This document shows, piece after piece, positions 9,283-19,490 of a DNA stretch of 64,000 nt. Source of the stretch: Shigella phage SSE1; the sequence record MK639187; one strand, written 5' to 3'. Made by a program: the position numbers and the translations under genes. Every line of letters starts with the position of its first letter. The stretch's first letter is position 1. Below the pieces are notes generated by a model. It made no database searches, was not told the origin of the DNA, and saw only the letters and a program-made list of their open reading frames with translations.

Positions 9283-10302
9283 ATGAAAATTTTGCACTTA
9301 GGCGACTTCCATATTGGAGTCAAACAAGACGACCCATGGGTTCAAGATATTCAACGTGATGGTATTCGTCAAGCAATTGAATACTCTAAGAAACACGGGA
9401 TTAAAACTTGGATTCAGTACGGTGATTGGTTTGACGTCCGTAAAGCAATAACACATCGTACAATGGAATTCAATCGTGAAATCGTTGATATGATTTCTAA
9501 AGCAGGCATTCACGTTCATGTCACGATAGGAAACCATGACATGGCGTTTAAGAATACAATAACACCTAACACTGTTTCTGAATTATTAACTCAATTTGAA
9601 AACTTTACTATTTACGAACATCCAACTACTGTAGATTTTGACGGATGTCTGATTGATATCGTTCCATGGATGTGCGAAGAAAATACAGGTGAAATCTTAG
9701 AGCACATCAAGACTTCTTCTGCCGCGTATTGTGTTGGGCACTGGGAACTGAATGGTTTTTATTTCTATAAAGGAATGAAGTCTCATGGGCTTGAACCTGA
9801 TTTCTTAAAGACCTATAAACAAGTCTGGTCCGGCCACTTCCACACAATCTCTGAAGCTGCTAACGTCAAATATATCGGGACACCATGGACCCTTACTGCA
9901 GGCGATGAGAACGACCCGCGCGGATTCTGGGTATTCGACACTGATGTTGAACGTATGGAATTTATTCCTAATGAAACAACATGGCATCGACGAATCACTT
10001 ATCCGTTTAAAGGCAAAATCAATTATTCTGATTATACTAATCTAGCCGTACGTGTTATAGTATCAGAAATTGATTCAGAGTTGACTAAGTTTGAATCTGA
10101 ACTTGAAAAAGTAGTTCACTCTCTTCGTATGGTTTCTAAAGTTGATAACAGTGTTGAATCTGATGACGACCAGGAAATCGAGATTAAATCACTTCAAGAT
10201 ATCATTAAAGAATATATTGACGCGATTCCAGATATCTCAGACGAAGACCGAGAAGCGCTGGTCAAATATTCCAACGAACTTTATATCGAGGCAACACAAT
10301 GA
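9283..10302 (+). CDS. 47: Recombination nuclease subunit gp47 (Mre11-like)
   Basis: 339 aa, calcineurin-like phosphoesterase motifs (GDFHIG, GNHD). Confidence 0.9.
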   Translation: MKILHLGDFHIGVKQDDPWVQDIQRDGIRQAIEYSKKHGIKTWIQYGDWFDVRKAITHRTMEFNREIVDMISKAGIHVHVTIGNHDMAFKNTITPNTVSELLTQFENFTIYEHPTTVDFDGCLIDIVPWMCEENTGEILEHIKTSSAAYCVGHWELNGFYFYKGMKSHGLEPDFLKTYKQVWSGHFHTISEAANVKYIGTPWTLTAGDENDPRGFWVFDTDVERMEFIPNETTWHRRITYPFKGKINYSDYTNLAVRVIVSEIDSELTKFESELEKVVHSLRMVSKVDNSVESDDDQEIEIKSLQDIIKEYIDAIPDISDEDREALVKYSNELYIEATQ

Positions 10303-10556
10303 CTTTAGATGAATTTAACAATGCCGGACTCAGCCTTGAAGTTGAAATGGACGTTAAAGATGATGATGGATTCGAGAACACTATCAAGTATTGGATTGAA
10401 CCATTACGCGTTGAAGGCAATGAAGTTAAAGCAGTTCATGTCTGCACCGACTGGGCTGTTGAATTTAGCTTTAATATAATGGACAACGATACTCCTGGCT
10501 CTATTCTTAAAATGGCTGAAGCGTGTATTGAGGATGCGTATAATGACGAAGACTGA
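10299..10556 (+). CDS. Hypothetical acidic protein
   Basis: 85-aa ORF. Confidence 0.45.
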   Translation: MTLDEFNNAGLSLEVEMDVKDDDGFENTIKYWIEPLRVEGNEVKAVHVCTDWAVEFSFNIMDNDTPGSILKMAEACIEDAYNDED

Positions 10557-10782
10557 TTATGAAATCCATCGTCATGAATTTAGTATTGGTGACGGTTATA
10601 TTGGTATCGTTGAATGGACTGAGAATTACGAGGAATCAACTCCTCGTTTCTTTGGAACCATGTATGTTACCTGTGAGTACGCACCAGGTGTTGTCATGTA
10701 TGCAGAACTAGATGAATATTTTGCTGATAGAGATGACATGTTAAAATATGTAGAGGACTTCATTCGAAGAGAATACATATGA
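10543..10782 (+). CDS. Hypothetical protein
   Basis: ORF-track start 10528 is TTG; ATG at 10543. Confidence 0.45.
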   Translation: MTKTDYEIHRHEFSIGDGYIGIVEWTENYEESTPRFFGTMYVTCEYAPGVVMYAELDEYFADRDDMLKYVEDFIRREYI

Positions 10783-12467
10783 AATCATTTAAATTAAATC
10801 GTGTTCGTTATCAAAACATCATGTCGGTAGGTGGGAATCCTATTGATATCCAATTAGATAAAGTCCAAAAGACATTAATCACTGGTAAAAATGGCGGTGG
10901 TAAATCTACGATGTTAGAAGCCATTACTTTCGGACTTTTCGGTAAACCATTTCGTGATGTTAAGAAAGGACAAATCATTAACAGCACGAACAAGAAAGAG
11001 CTCTTAGTTGAGCTTTGGATGGAATTCGATGATAAAAAATACTTCATTAAACGTGGCCAAAAGCCCAATATTTTCGAAATCTCCGTTGACGGTGTTCGTC
11101 TTGATGAATCTGCCAGCAGTCGGGACTTCCAAGAAGAATTTGAACGTAGCATCGGAATGTCATACGCGTCTTTTAAACAAATCGTTGTGCTTGGGACGGC
11201 AGGGTATACCCCTTTCATGGCTCTTAGCACCCCTGCTCGCAGAAAACTTGTCGAAGACCTTTTAGAAGTCGGCACACTCGCTGAAATGGATAAAATCAAT
11301 AAGTCTCAAGTTCGAGAACTTAATTCCCAGGGACAAGTTCTAGATGCCAAGAAAGATGGTATTATCCAACAAATTAAGATTTATAACGAGAATATCGAAC
11401 GTCAAAAGAAATTATCTGGTGATAATGTAGCGCGTCTACAGAATATGTATGACGACCTAGCCAAAGAAGCTCGTTCATTAAAAGCAGAAATCGAAGAAGC
11501 TAATGAGCGACTACTTAATATCGTTCTTGATGAAGACCCTACTGAGGCATTCAACAAGATAGGACAAGAAGCATTCTTGATTAAATCTAAAATTGACTCA
11601 TATAACAAAGTTATTAAGATGTATCATGATGGTGGTACATGTCCTACTTGTGCATCACAGTTGCACCAGGGTGATCCTATTGTCTCTAAGATTACCGATA
11701 AGCTTCACGAATGTAATCACTCATTCGAGCAACTTACATGTCACAGAGATAATCTGAGTGTCCTAGTGGACGAATATAGAGCTAATGTTAAGACTAAACA
11801 GGACCTTGCATCTGATATTCGTACCAAGAAACAAGCAATGATTGCCACTATTGATAAAGCTAAGAAAGTTAAAGCTGCAATAGAACAAGCCTCGGCAGAA
11901 TTTATCGACCATGCCGATGAGATAGCTTTGCTTCAAAAAGAACTTGATAAAATCATTAAAACAAAATCAGATATCGTTCTTGAAAAATACCATCGTGGTA
12001 TTATCACAGATATGTTAAAAGATTCTGGTATTAAAGGTGCTATCATTAAAAAATACGTGCCTCTGTTCAACAAGCAGATTAACTATTATCTTAAAATCAT
12101 GGAAGCTGATTACGTGTTTTCTATTGACGAAGAATTCAATGAATCTATAAAATCACGTGGTCGTGAAGATTTTAGTTATGCTTCATTTAGTCAAGGTGAA
12201 AAGGCACGTATCGATATCGCATTGTTGTTTACATGGCGAGATATTGCTGAAAAGGTCTCTGGTGTTAAAATCAACACTCTGATTCTTGATGAGGTTTTTG
12301 ATGGTGCTGTCGATTCTGAGGCTGTTAAGGCTATAGATACCATTCTTGGAAGTTTACAAAATACTAATGTGTTCATTATCTCTCATCGAGACCATGACCC
12401 TCAACGTTATGGACAACATCTTCAGATGAGCAAAGTTGGACGATTTACTGTAATGACTGTTTCATAA
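10779..12467 (+). CDS. 46: Recombination ATPase subunit gp46 (Rad50/SbcC-like)
   Basis: 562 aa, Walker A GKNGGGKST, coiled-coil middle with CPTC zinc hook, C-terminal signature/Walker B (ILDEVFD). Confidence 0.9.
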   Translation: MKSFKLNRVRYQNIMSVGGNPIDIQLDKVQKTLITGKNGGGKSTMLEAITFGLFGKPFRDVKKGQIINSTNKKELLVELWMEFDDKKYFIKRGQKPNIFEISVDGVRLDESASSRDFQEEFERSIGMSYASFKQIVVLGTAGYTPFMALSTPARRKLVEDLLEVGTLAEMDKINKSQVRELNSQGQVLDAKKDGIIQQIKIYNENIERQKKLSGDNVARLQNMYDDLAKEARSLKAEIEEANERLLNIVLDEDPTEAFNKIGQEAFLIKSKIDSYNKVIKMYHDGGTCPTCASQLHQGDPIVSKITDKLHECNHSFEQLTCHRDNLSVLVDEYRANVKTKQDLASDIRTKKQAMIATIDKAKKVKAAIEQASAEFIDHADEIALLQKELDKIIKTKSDIVLEKYHRGIITDMLKDSGIKGAIIKKYVPLFNKQINYYLKIMEADYVFSIDEEFNESIKSRGREDFSYASFSQGEKARIDIALLFTWRDIAEKVSGVKINTLILDEVFDGAVDSEAVKAIDTILGSLQNTNVFIISHRDHDPQRYGQHLQMSKVGRFTVMTVS

Positions 12468-12468
12468 A

Positions 12469-12501
12469 CGCTTTAACATGATGTGGTTATAATGACCACA
12501 T
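12469..12501 (+). promoter_or_regulatory. Middle-promoter-like site (cGCTTTA-12-TATAAT) inside inverted repeat ATGTGGT/ACCACAT
   Basis: Seen in sequence. Confidence 0.45.
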
Positions 12502-12521
12502 CAAATTAAATGGAGAACAAC

Positions 12522-12710
12522 ATGGAGTATTCAACTGGCCAACATCTTCTCGTTGTCCCTGAAATTAAAAAATATGTTTTGACCAATACGTTTTCAGGTG
12601 AAGAACATATTGTTACTGAACAAATGCTCAAATCTGCTTTTAAAGATGAGTATAATAAAATAATGTCTAATCGCAATTCCGCATGGACAGTTACCGACTT
12701 CTACGAATAA
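12522..12710 (+). CDS. Hypothetical protein (45.2-like by position)
   Basis: ATG 12522 after GGAGA. Confidence 0.45.
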   Translation: MEYSTGQHLLVVPEIKKYVLTNTFSGEEHIVTEQMLKSAFKDEYNKIMSNRNSAWTVTDFYE

Positions 12711-12722
12711 GAGAGAAATAAT

Positions 12723-13139
12723 ATGTTTACTACTGCTAAAGGTTTCACTGCTGCTGATCTGAAAGTTACTTCTATCCGTACTGACGCTAACCCACATAAC
12801 CATAATCGTGTTCGTAAAGCATGGGTCCTGCATTGTGATGACGCAAGTGCTAAAAAACTCCAATCTTTGCCACAAGAAACTCGTTTTATGATTTATGGTT
12901 TTATTGATAACGATGTATCTGATATGTGGATTCATCTGATGCGTAAGCACTATAAAGATTCTATTGAAGCCGGCGGAAAAATCGTTCTTGATAAAGATGG
13001 TTCTGAGCGTCTGGAAGATCTCTACTGCGTTGATGCCGACGAACAACTAATTGCAGCTGGCGAAATTGTTGCTTCTAAAATTCCAGAATATATTGAATCA
13101 CTGCCTGAAGCTATTAAAAAGCAGATGGTTGCTGCATAA
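12723..13139 (+). CDS. rpbA: Hypothetical protein in the rpbA position upstream of gp45
   Basis: 138 aa; assignment by synteny only. Confidence 0.45.
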   Translation: MFTTAKGFTAADLKVTSIRTDANPHNHNRVRKAWVLHCDDASAKKLQSLPQETRFMIYGFIDNDVSDMWIHLMRKHYKDSIEAGGKIVLDKDGSERLEDLYCVDADEQLIAAGEIVASKIPEYIESLPEAIKKQMVAA

Positions 13140-13179
13140 TAAATTTGTTAAACTTTGAATTGTCTTGAAAGGAAATAAA

Positions 13180-13866
13180 ATGAAACTGTCTAAAGATACT
13201 ATCGCTATTCTGAAAAACTTTGCCTCTATTAACTCTGGCATTCTGCTGAGTCAAGGTAAATTTATTATGACTCGTGCAGTTAATGGCACCACTTATGCGG
13301 AAGCAAATATCTCTGATGAAATTGATTTTGACGTAGCACTTTATGATTTGAATAGCTTCTTAAGTATTTTGAGTCTAGTGTCTGATGATGCTGAAATTTC
13401 AATGCACACCGATGGCAATATTAAAATTGCAGATACACGTTCCACAGTTTATTGGCCTGCCGCTGACAAGAGCACCATTGTTTTTCCTAATAAGCCAATT
13501 CAATTCCCAGTGGCTTCTGTGATTACTGAAATTAAAGCTGAAGACCTTCAACAATTGCTTCGAGTTTCACGTGGTCTTCAGATTGATACAATTGCTATTA
13601 CAAATAAAGATGGTAAAATTGTTATCAATGGCTATAATAAAGTTGAAGATTCTGGACTAACCCGTCCTAAGTATTCTTTGACTCTTACCGATTATGACGG
13701 TTCTAACAATTTTAACTTCGTAATCAATATGGCTAATATGAAAATCCAGCCAGGTAACTATAAAGTAATGTTGTGGGGAGCTGGTGATAAAGTTGCAGCC
13801 AAGTTTGAAAGCCCTCAAGTAAGTTATGTTATTGCGATGGAAGCCGATTCTACTCACGACTTCTAA
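13180..13866 (+). CDS. 45: Sliding clamp gp45
   Basis: 228 aa from MKLSKDT, recognised as T4 gp45-like. Confidence 0.9.
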   Translation: MKLSKDTIAILKNFASINSGILLSQGKFIMTRAVNGTTYAEANISDEIDFDVALYDLNSFLSILSLVSDDAEISMHTDGNIKIADTRSTVYWPAADKSTIVFPNKPIQFPVASVITEIKAEDLQQLLRVSRGLQIDTIAITNKDGKIVINGYNKVEDSGLTRPKYSLTLTDYDGSNNFNFVINMANMKIQPGNYKVMLWGAGDKVAAKFESPQVSYVIAMEADSTHDF

Positions 13867-13872
13867 GTCAAA

Positions 13873-13896
13873 GCTTTACGTTTAATGTAGTACTAT
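13873..13896 (+). promoter_or_regulatory. Middle-promoter-like site (aGCTTTA-12-TACTAT) upstream of gp44
   Basis: Seen in sequence. Confidence 0.4.
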
Positions 13897-13941
13897 TATG
13901 GAGGAGAAATCCTCCAGTTTAATGATAATGAGGAAAATTAC

Positions 13942-14904
13942 ATGATTACTATCAATTCCAAAGAACACATTCTAGAACAGAAATATCGTCCTTCTTCCAT
14001 TGACGAATGTATTCTGCCTGCGTATGACCATGAAACATTCAAGTCTTTAGTATCTAAAGGAAAACTTCCTCATATTATTTTGCACTCTCCTTCTCCTGGT
14101 ACAGGTAAAACAACCGTAGCAAAAGCATTATGTAATGATATCAACGCTGAAATGATGTTCGTCAACGGTTCCGATTGTAAAATTGATTTTGTACGCGGTC
14201 CATTAACTGCATTTGCTCGTTCAGTCTCAATGGAAGGCAAGCCAAAAGTTATTGTTATCGATGAATTTGACCGTAGTGGCCTCGCCGAATCACAACGTCA
14301 CCTTCGTACGTTTATGGAAGAATTCTCTAGTAACTGTTCTATTATTATTACTGCTAACAACATCGATGGAATTATTGAACCATTACGTAGTCGTTGTCGA
14401 GTTATCGAATTCGGACGTCCAACCGAAGAAGATAAAATCTCGATGATGAAGAAAATGATTCATCGTATGGTTGAAATCTGTAAGAACGAAAATATCGAAA
14501 TCGCTGATATGAAAGTTGTTGCAGCTCTGGTTAAAAAGAACTTCCCGGACTTTCGTCGCACAATTGGTCAATTAGACCAGTACTCGTCTAAAGGTGTTCT
14601 TGATGCGGGTATTTTGTCTATCGTAACTAATGACCGTGGCACAGTCTCTGATGTTATCGAAGCAATGAAGAACAAAGATATCAAACAGCTTCGTGCATTA
14701 GCTCCAAAATATGCCGCAGATTATTCATGGTTCATCGATAAATTAGTTTCAGAATGTTATGACCAAGTTGCACCTGGTAAAAGTATTATTTCGCTTTATG
14801 AAATTGCAGGCGAAAACAATAAGTTTCATGGATTAGCAAGTAATATTGAATTACATGTTATGTATATGCTTCTTCAACTGACCTGCGAACTGACTTGGAA
14901 ATAA
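13942..14904 (+). CDS. 44: Clamp loader large subunit gp44 (AAA+)
   Basis: 320 aa, Walker [11 protein letters not shown], Walker B VIDEFD. Confidence 0.9.
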   Translation: MITINSKEHILEQKYRPSSIDECILPAYDHETFKSLVSKGKLPHIILHSPSPGTGKTTVAKALCNDINAEMMFVNGSDCKIDFVRGPLTAFARSVSMEGKPKVIVIDEFDRSGLAESQRHLRTFMEEFSSNCSIIITANNIDGIIEPLRSRCRVIEFGRPTEEDKISMMKKMIHRMVEICKNENIEIADMKVVAALVKKNFPDFRRTIGQLDQYSSKGVLDAGILSIVTNDRGTVSDVIEAMKNKDIKQLRALAPKYAADYSWFIDKLVSECYDQVAPGKSIISLYEIAGENNKFHGLASNIELHVMYMLLQLTCELTWK

Positions 14905-14905
14905 T

Positions 14906-15469
14906 ATGAACTTATTCGATGATGACGTCCGGCTTAACGAGCACCAAATTGCATGGAAGTCTAATGACGCTGATGCGATTCAAAAATGTGCTGATATGTT
15001 TAAAGAAAAACCTGAGAATGAATTCTTTAAAATCATTAATGCTATTAATGAAAAGAAATCTATGTCAATTGCTCAGGTCGACTACTCAAAATTTATGGTT
15101 GAGAACTCATTATCCCAGTTCCCAGAATGTATGCCAGCTGTTTACATGATGAACTTAGTCGGTTCTGAATTAAGCGATGAAGCGCACTTCAACTATATGA
15201 TGGCTGCAATTCCGCATGGTCGTCGATTCTCTAAATGGGCTAAACTGGTTGAAGACACTTCAGAGTTACTAGTTATCAAATTGTTGATGAAACATTACAC
15301 GATCAACATGAATGATGCTACAGAGTATAAGCGGCTCCTTGAAAAAAATAACAAGCTGCCAATAGTCCTTAAAGAACTGAAGGCCATGGTCACTGATGAG
15401 TTTCTCAAAGAAGTTACAAAAAATGTGAAAGAACAAAAACAATTTAAAAAATTAGCATTGGAATGGTAA
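14906..15469 (+). CDS. 62: Clamp loader small subunit gp62
   Basis: 187 aa, between gp44 and regA. Confidence 0.8.
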   Translation: MNLFDDDVRLNEHQIAWKSNDADAIQKCADMFKEKPENEFFKIINAINEKKSMSIAQVDYSKFMVENSLSQFPECMPAVYMMNLVGSELSDEAHFNYMMAAIPHGRRFSKWAKLVEDTSELLVIKLLMKHYTINMNDATEYKRLLEKNNKLPIVLKELKAMVTDEFLKEVTKNVKEQKQFKKLALEW

Positions 15470-15471
15470 AA

Positions 15472-15840
15472 ATGATCGAAATTAAATTGAAGAACCCTGA
15501 AGATTTTCTGAAAGTCAAAGAGACTTTGACCCGTATGGGCATCGCTAATAACAAGGATAAAGTTCTTTATCAGTCCTGTCATATCCTCCAAAAGCAAGGT
15601 AAGTACTATATCGTCCACTTTAAAGAAATGCTGCGTATGGACGGACGTCAGGTTGATATTGATGGTGAAGACTATCAGCGACGTGATTCGATTGCTCAGT
15701 TGCTTGAAGACTGGGGATTGATTGTTATTGAAGACTCTGCTCGTGAAGATCTGTTTGGCCTGACTAATAACTTCCGTGTTATCTCTTTTAAACAGAAAGA
15801 TGACTGGACTTTGAAAGCAAAATATACAATTGGTAATTAA
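15472..15840 (+). CDS. regA: Translational repressor RegA
   Basis: 122 aa from MIEIKLKNPEDF, recognised as T4 RegA-like. Confidence 0.9.
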   Translation: MIEIKLKNPEDFLKVKETLTRMGIANNKDKVLYQSCHILQKQGKYYIVHFKEMLRMDGRQVDIDGEDYQRRDSIAQLLEDWGLIVIEDSAREDLFGLTNNFRVISFKQKDDWTLKAKYTIGN

Positions 15841-15846
15841 AGCAAT

Positions 15847-15860
15847 GGGACTTCGGTCCC
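15847..15860 (+). promoter_or_regulatory. UUCG-tetraloop hairpin in gp43 leader
   Basis: GGGAC-TTCG-GTCCC, no T-run. Confidence 0.4.
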
Positions 15861-15921
15861 ATTTGGAGTATAATAAGTTCATCAACAAACAAAAGACAAT
15901 AACTCGTCTAAAGGAAATTAA

Positions 15922-18633
15922 ATGAAAGAATTTTACTTAACGGTTGAACAGATTGGTGATTCAATTTTTGAACGTTACATCGATTCTAATGGCCGTGAAC
16001 GTACTCGTGAAGTAGAATATAAACCATCACTGTTTGCTCATTGTCCGGAAAGTCAGGCTACGAAATATTTCGATATCTACGGTAAGCCGTGTACTCGTAA
16101 GTTGTTCGCCAATATGCGTGATGCGTCTCAATGGATTAAACGCATGGAAGATATCGGACTTGAAGCACTTGGCATGGACGATTTCAAATTGGCGTATTTG
16201 TCTGACACTTATAACTATGAAATCAAATACGACCATACAAAAATTCGTGTGGCTAACTTCGACATCGAAGTAACATCTCCGGATGGGTTCCCTGAGCCGT
16301 CACAAGCAAAACATCCGATTGATGCTATCACCCATTATGACTCAATTGATGACAGGTTCTACGTATTTGATCTATTGAATTCTCCATATGGTAATGTAGA
16401 AGAATGGTCTATCGAAATTGCGGCTAAGCTTCAAGAACAAGGTGGTGATGAAGTTCCATCCGAAATTATCGATAAAATCATTTATATGCCGTTCGATAAC
16501 GAAAAAGAATTGTTGATGGAATATCTCAACTTCTGGCAACAGAAAACTCCTGTCATTTTGACTGGATGGAACGTTGAGTCATTTGATATTCCATATGTGT
16601 ATAACCGAATCAAGAATATTTTTGGCGAATCTACTGCGAAACGTTTATCACCACATCGCAAGACTCGTGTTAAAGTTATTGAAAACATGTATGGTTCTCG
16701 TGAAATCATTACATTGTTCGGTATCTCTGTTCTTGATTACATTGACCTTTACAAAAAATTCTCTTTTACCAATCAACCATCATATTCTCTGGATTACATT
16801 TCAGAATTTGAATTGAACGTTGGTAAACTGAAATATGACGGCCCTATTTCTAAGCTTCGTGAAAGCAATCACCAACGATATATTTCTTATAACATTATCG
16901 ACGTGTATCGTGTATTGCAAATTGATGCTAAGCGTCAGTTCATCAACTTGAGTTTGGACATGGGTTATTATGCTAAAATTCAGATTCAATCTGTGTTTAG
17001 CCCAATTAAAACATGGGATGCTATTATTTTTAATAGCCTTAAAGAGCAGAACAAGGTGATTCCACAAGGCCGTTCTCACCCGGTTCAACCTTATCCTGGC
17101 GCTTTTGTTAAGGAACCTATTCCAAATCGATACAAATATGTAATGAGTTTCGACCTTACATCTCTGTATCCAAGTATTATTCGCCAAGTGAATATTAGCC
17201 CAGAAACAATAGCAGGAACGTTTAAAGTAGCTCCACTGCATGATTATATTAACGCAATCGCTGAACGTCCTTCTGATGTGTACAGTTGTTCTCCTAACGG
17301 CATGATGTATTATAAAGACCGTGATGGTGTAGTTCCAACTGAAATCACTAAGGTCTTTAATCAACGTAAAGAACATAAAGGTTACATGCTTGCGGCTCAA
17401 CGTAATGGTGAAATAATTAAAGAGGCATTGCATAATCCTAATCTTTCTGTTGACGAACCATTAGATGTTGATTATCGTTTCGACTTCAGTGATGAGATTA
17501 AAGAAAAGATTAAAAAGTTGTCCGCTAAATCTCTTAATGAAATGTTGTTTAGAGCTCAACGTACTGAAGTTGCAGGTATGACTGCCCAAATTAACCGTAA
17601 ATTGCTTATCAACTCACTTTATGGTGCACTTGGCAACGTTTGGTTCCGTTATTATGATTTGCGTAATGCTACTGCAATCACAACATTTGGTCAAATGGCT
17701 TTACAGTGGATTGAACGTAAAGTTAATGAATATCTGAATGAAGTTTGTGGTACAGAAGGTGAAGCTTTCGTTCTTTATGGTGATACAGACTCTATTTACG
17801 TATCTGCTGATAAAATTATCGATAAGGTTGGTGAATCTAAATTCCGTGATACCAACCATTGGGTAGACTTCTTAGATAAGTTTGCACGTGAACGTATGGA
17901 ACCAGCTATTGATAGAGGTTTCCGTGAAATGTGTGAATACATGAACAATAAACAACACTTAATGTTCATGGACCGAGAAGCTATCGCTGGGCCTCCACTC
18001 GGTTCTAAAGGTATTGGTGGATTCTGGACTGGTAAGAAACGTTATGCATTAAACGTGTGGGATATGGAAGGTACTCGTTACGCTGAGCCTAAACTCAAAA
18101 TCATGGGTCTAGAGACTCAGAAATCTTCGACTCCTAAAGCAGTACAGAAAGCTCTTAAAGAATGTATTCGTCGTATGCTTCAAGAAGGTGAAGAATCATT
18201 ACAAGAATATTTTAAAGAGTTTGAAAAAGAATTCCGTCAATTGAATTATATTAGCATCGCGTCGGTATCTTCTGCGAATAACATTGCTAAATATGATGTA
18301 GGTGGATTCCCTGGTCCCAAATGCCCGTTCCATATTCGTGGAATTCTGACGTATAACCGGGCTATCAAAGGTAATATCGATGCACCGCAAGTTGTAGAAG
18401 GTGAAAAAGTATATGTTCTGCCTTTACGTGAAGGAAACCCATTCGGTGATAAATGTATCGCATGGCCTTCTGGTACTGAAATCACAGATTTAATTAAAGA
18501 CGACGTACTTCATTGGATGGACTACACTGTTCTCCTTGAGAAGACATTTATTAAACCACTTGAAGGATTCACATCAGCAGCGAAACTCGATTACGAGAAG
18601 AAAGCATCTCTATTCGATATGTTCGATTTTTGA
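15922..18633 (+). CDS. 43: DNA polymerase gp43 (family B)
   Basis: 903 aa; exo motifs (FDIEV), polymerase motifs (DxxSLYPS, YGDTDS); same length as RB69 polymerase. Confidence 0.97.
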   Translation: MKEFYLTVEQIGDSIFERYIDSNGRERTREVEYKPSLFAHCPESQATKYFDIYGKPCTRKLFANMRDASQWIKRMEDIGLEALGMDDFKLAYLSDTYNYEIKYDHTKIRVANFDIEVTSPDGFPEPSQAKHPIDAITHYDSIDDRFYVFDLLNSPYGNVEEWSIEIAAKLQEQGGDEVPSEIIDKIIYMPFDNEKELLMEYLNFWQQKTPVILTGWNVESFDIPYVYNRIKNIFGESTAKRLSPHRKTRVKVIENMYGSREIITLFGISVLDYIDLYKKFSFTNQPSYSLDYISEFELNVGKLKYDGPISKLRESNHQRYISYNIIDVYRVLQIDAKRQFINLSLDMGYYAKIQIQSVFSPIKTWDAIIFNSLKEQNKVIPQGRSHPVQPYPGAFVKEPIPNRYKYVMSFDLTSLYPSIIRQVNISPETIAGTFKVAPLHDYINAIAERPSDVYSCSPNGMMYYKDRDGVVPTEITKVFNQRKEHKGYMLAAQRNGEIIKEALHNPNLSVDEPLDVDYRFDFSDEIKEKIKKLSAKSLNEMLFRAQRTEVAGMTAQINRKLLINSLYGALGNVWFRYYDLRNATAITTFGQMALQWIERKVNEYLNEVCGTEGEAFVLYGDTDSIYVSADKIIDKVGESKFRDTNHWVDFLDKFARERMEPAIDRGFREMCEYMNNKQHLMFMDREAIAGPPLGSKGIGGFWTGKKRYALNVWDMEGTRYAEPKLKIMGLETQKSSTPKAVQKALKECIRRMLQEGEESLQEYFKEFEKEFRQLNYISIASVSSANNIAKYDVGGFPGPKCPFHIRGILTYNRAIKGNIDAPQVVEGEKVYVLPLREGNPFGDKCIAWPSGTEITDLIKDDVLHWMDYTVLLEKTFIKPLEGFTSAAKLDYEKKASLFDMFDF

Positions 18634-18673
18634 TATAATGACATGGACGGTAAACTAATTAAATGAGAGAAAT

Positions 18674-19309
18674 ATGAAAACTACTCCTATTACTATCGCT
18701 ATTGACGCAATCATAAAACAAGCTTCTTCTTTGGCCGCTATGGCCAAAGTAATTAGTCAAAACCCTGCTCGTTATAATGCTATTCTAGAAACTCTTCGAC
18801 GCCCAGGGCTTAGTAATTATGAAAGCCGAGTAATTATTACAGGTGTTGGTAAGAATGCTAATATTGCAACTAAAGCTTCTGAGACATTTGCTTCACTCGG
18901 TATCCCGAGTATGTACTTGAACACCGGGCATTATTCTCACGGTGATGCAGGATTCATTGCGCCTAATGATGTGTTGATTCATATTAGTCGTTCTGGTAAA
19001 ACTGAAGAAATGATAGGCGTGGCTAAGCATCTTAAAATGATTCGTCCGAACGTCAAACAGATTCTGTTGCATTGTAACCCAGACATTCCACAAGAAAATG
19101 AAGCCCTTTTTGATTACTCTTTCTGTACAGGCATCGCAGTAGAGGTTGATGAGAATTCTCTGGCTCCGACTATGTCCACTACATTATTGTTAGCGCTTAT
19201 CGATACGTTTGCTATCAACCTTTCGTCTGAACGTGGATTTACCTCTAATGACTTCCTTAAGTTCCACCCTGGCGGTGCACTAGGTGCCATGTTACGAGGC
19301 GAACAATGA
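18674..19309 (+). CDS. SIS-domain sugar-phosphate isomerase, KdsD/KpsF (arabinose-5-phosphate isomerase) type, no CBS domains
   Basis: 211 aa; GVGKN, SRSGKTEE, APTMSTT, FHPGGALG motifs. Confidence 0.75.
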   Translation: MKTTPITIAIDAIIKQASSLAAMAKVISQNPARYNAILETLRRPGLSNYESRVIITGVGKNANIATKASETFASLGIPSMYLNTGHYSHGDAGFIAPNDVLIHISRSGKTEEMIGVAKHLKMIRPNVKQILLHCNPDIPQENEALFDYSFCTGIAVEVDENSLAPTMSTTLLLALIDTFAINLSSERGFTSNDFLKFHPGGALGAMLRGEQ

Positions 19310-19449
19310 AAGCAATAACAATAGGACTTTTACTATTGATGCTTGTCATGACTATCTACTGGAGCTTAACGGCTCCGGTAATGATTCCGACACTTGTAAT
19401 TGGATGGATTATGATTGGACTACAAGCAAAGTATGAATGCTTTAACTAG
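19306..19449 (+). CDS. Small membrane protein
   Basis: 47-aa hydrophobic ORF read by hand; ATG overlaps SIS gene stop. Confidence 0.35.
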   Translation: MKAITIGLLLLMLVMTIYWSLTAPVMIPTLVIGWIMIGLQAKYECFN

Positions 19450-19490
19450 AATAGTGTACAATACTCCTACTTACCAATGAGGACCACAAC

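Noticed and set aside
16801-17433. 210-aa - strand ORF inside gp43, and similar antisense ORFs inside gp46 (10811-11299), rpbA-like/45.2-like genes (12594-13046), gp39 (44835-45176), rIIA (47839-48216) and others
   Set aside because: Each lies entirely antisense to a well-supported conserved CDS, with no promoter or SD context; judged spurious
18634-18639. TATAAT immediately after the gp43 stop as a promoter for the SIS gene
   Set aside because: No convincing -35 or MotA box at the right spacing
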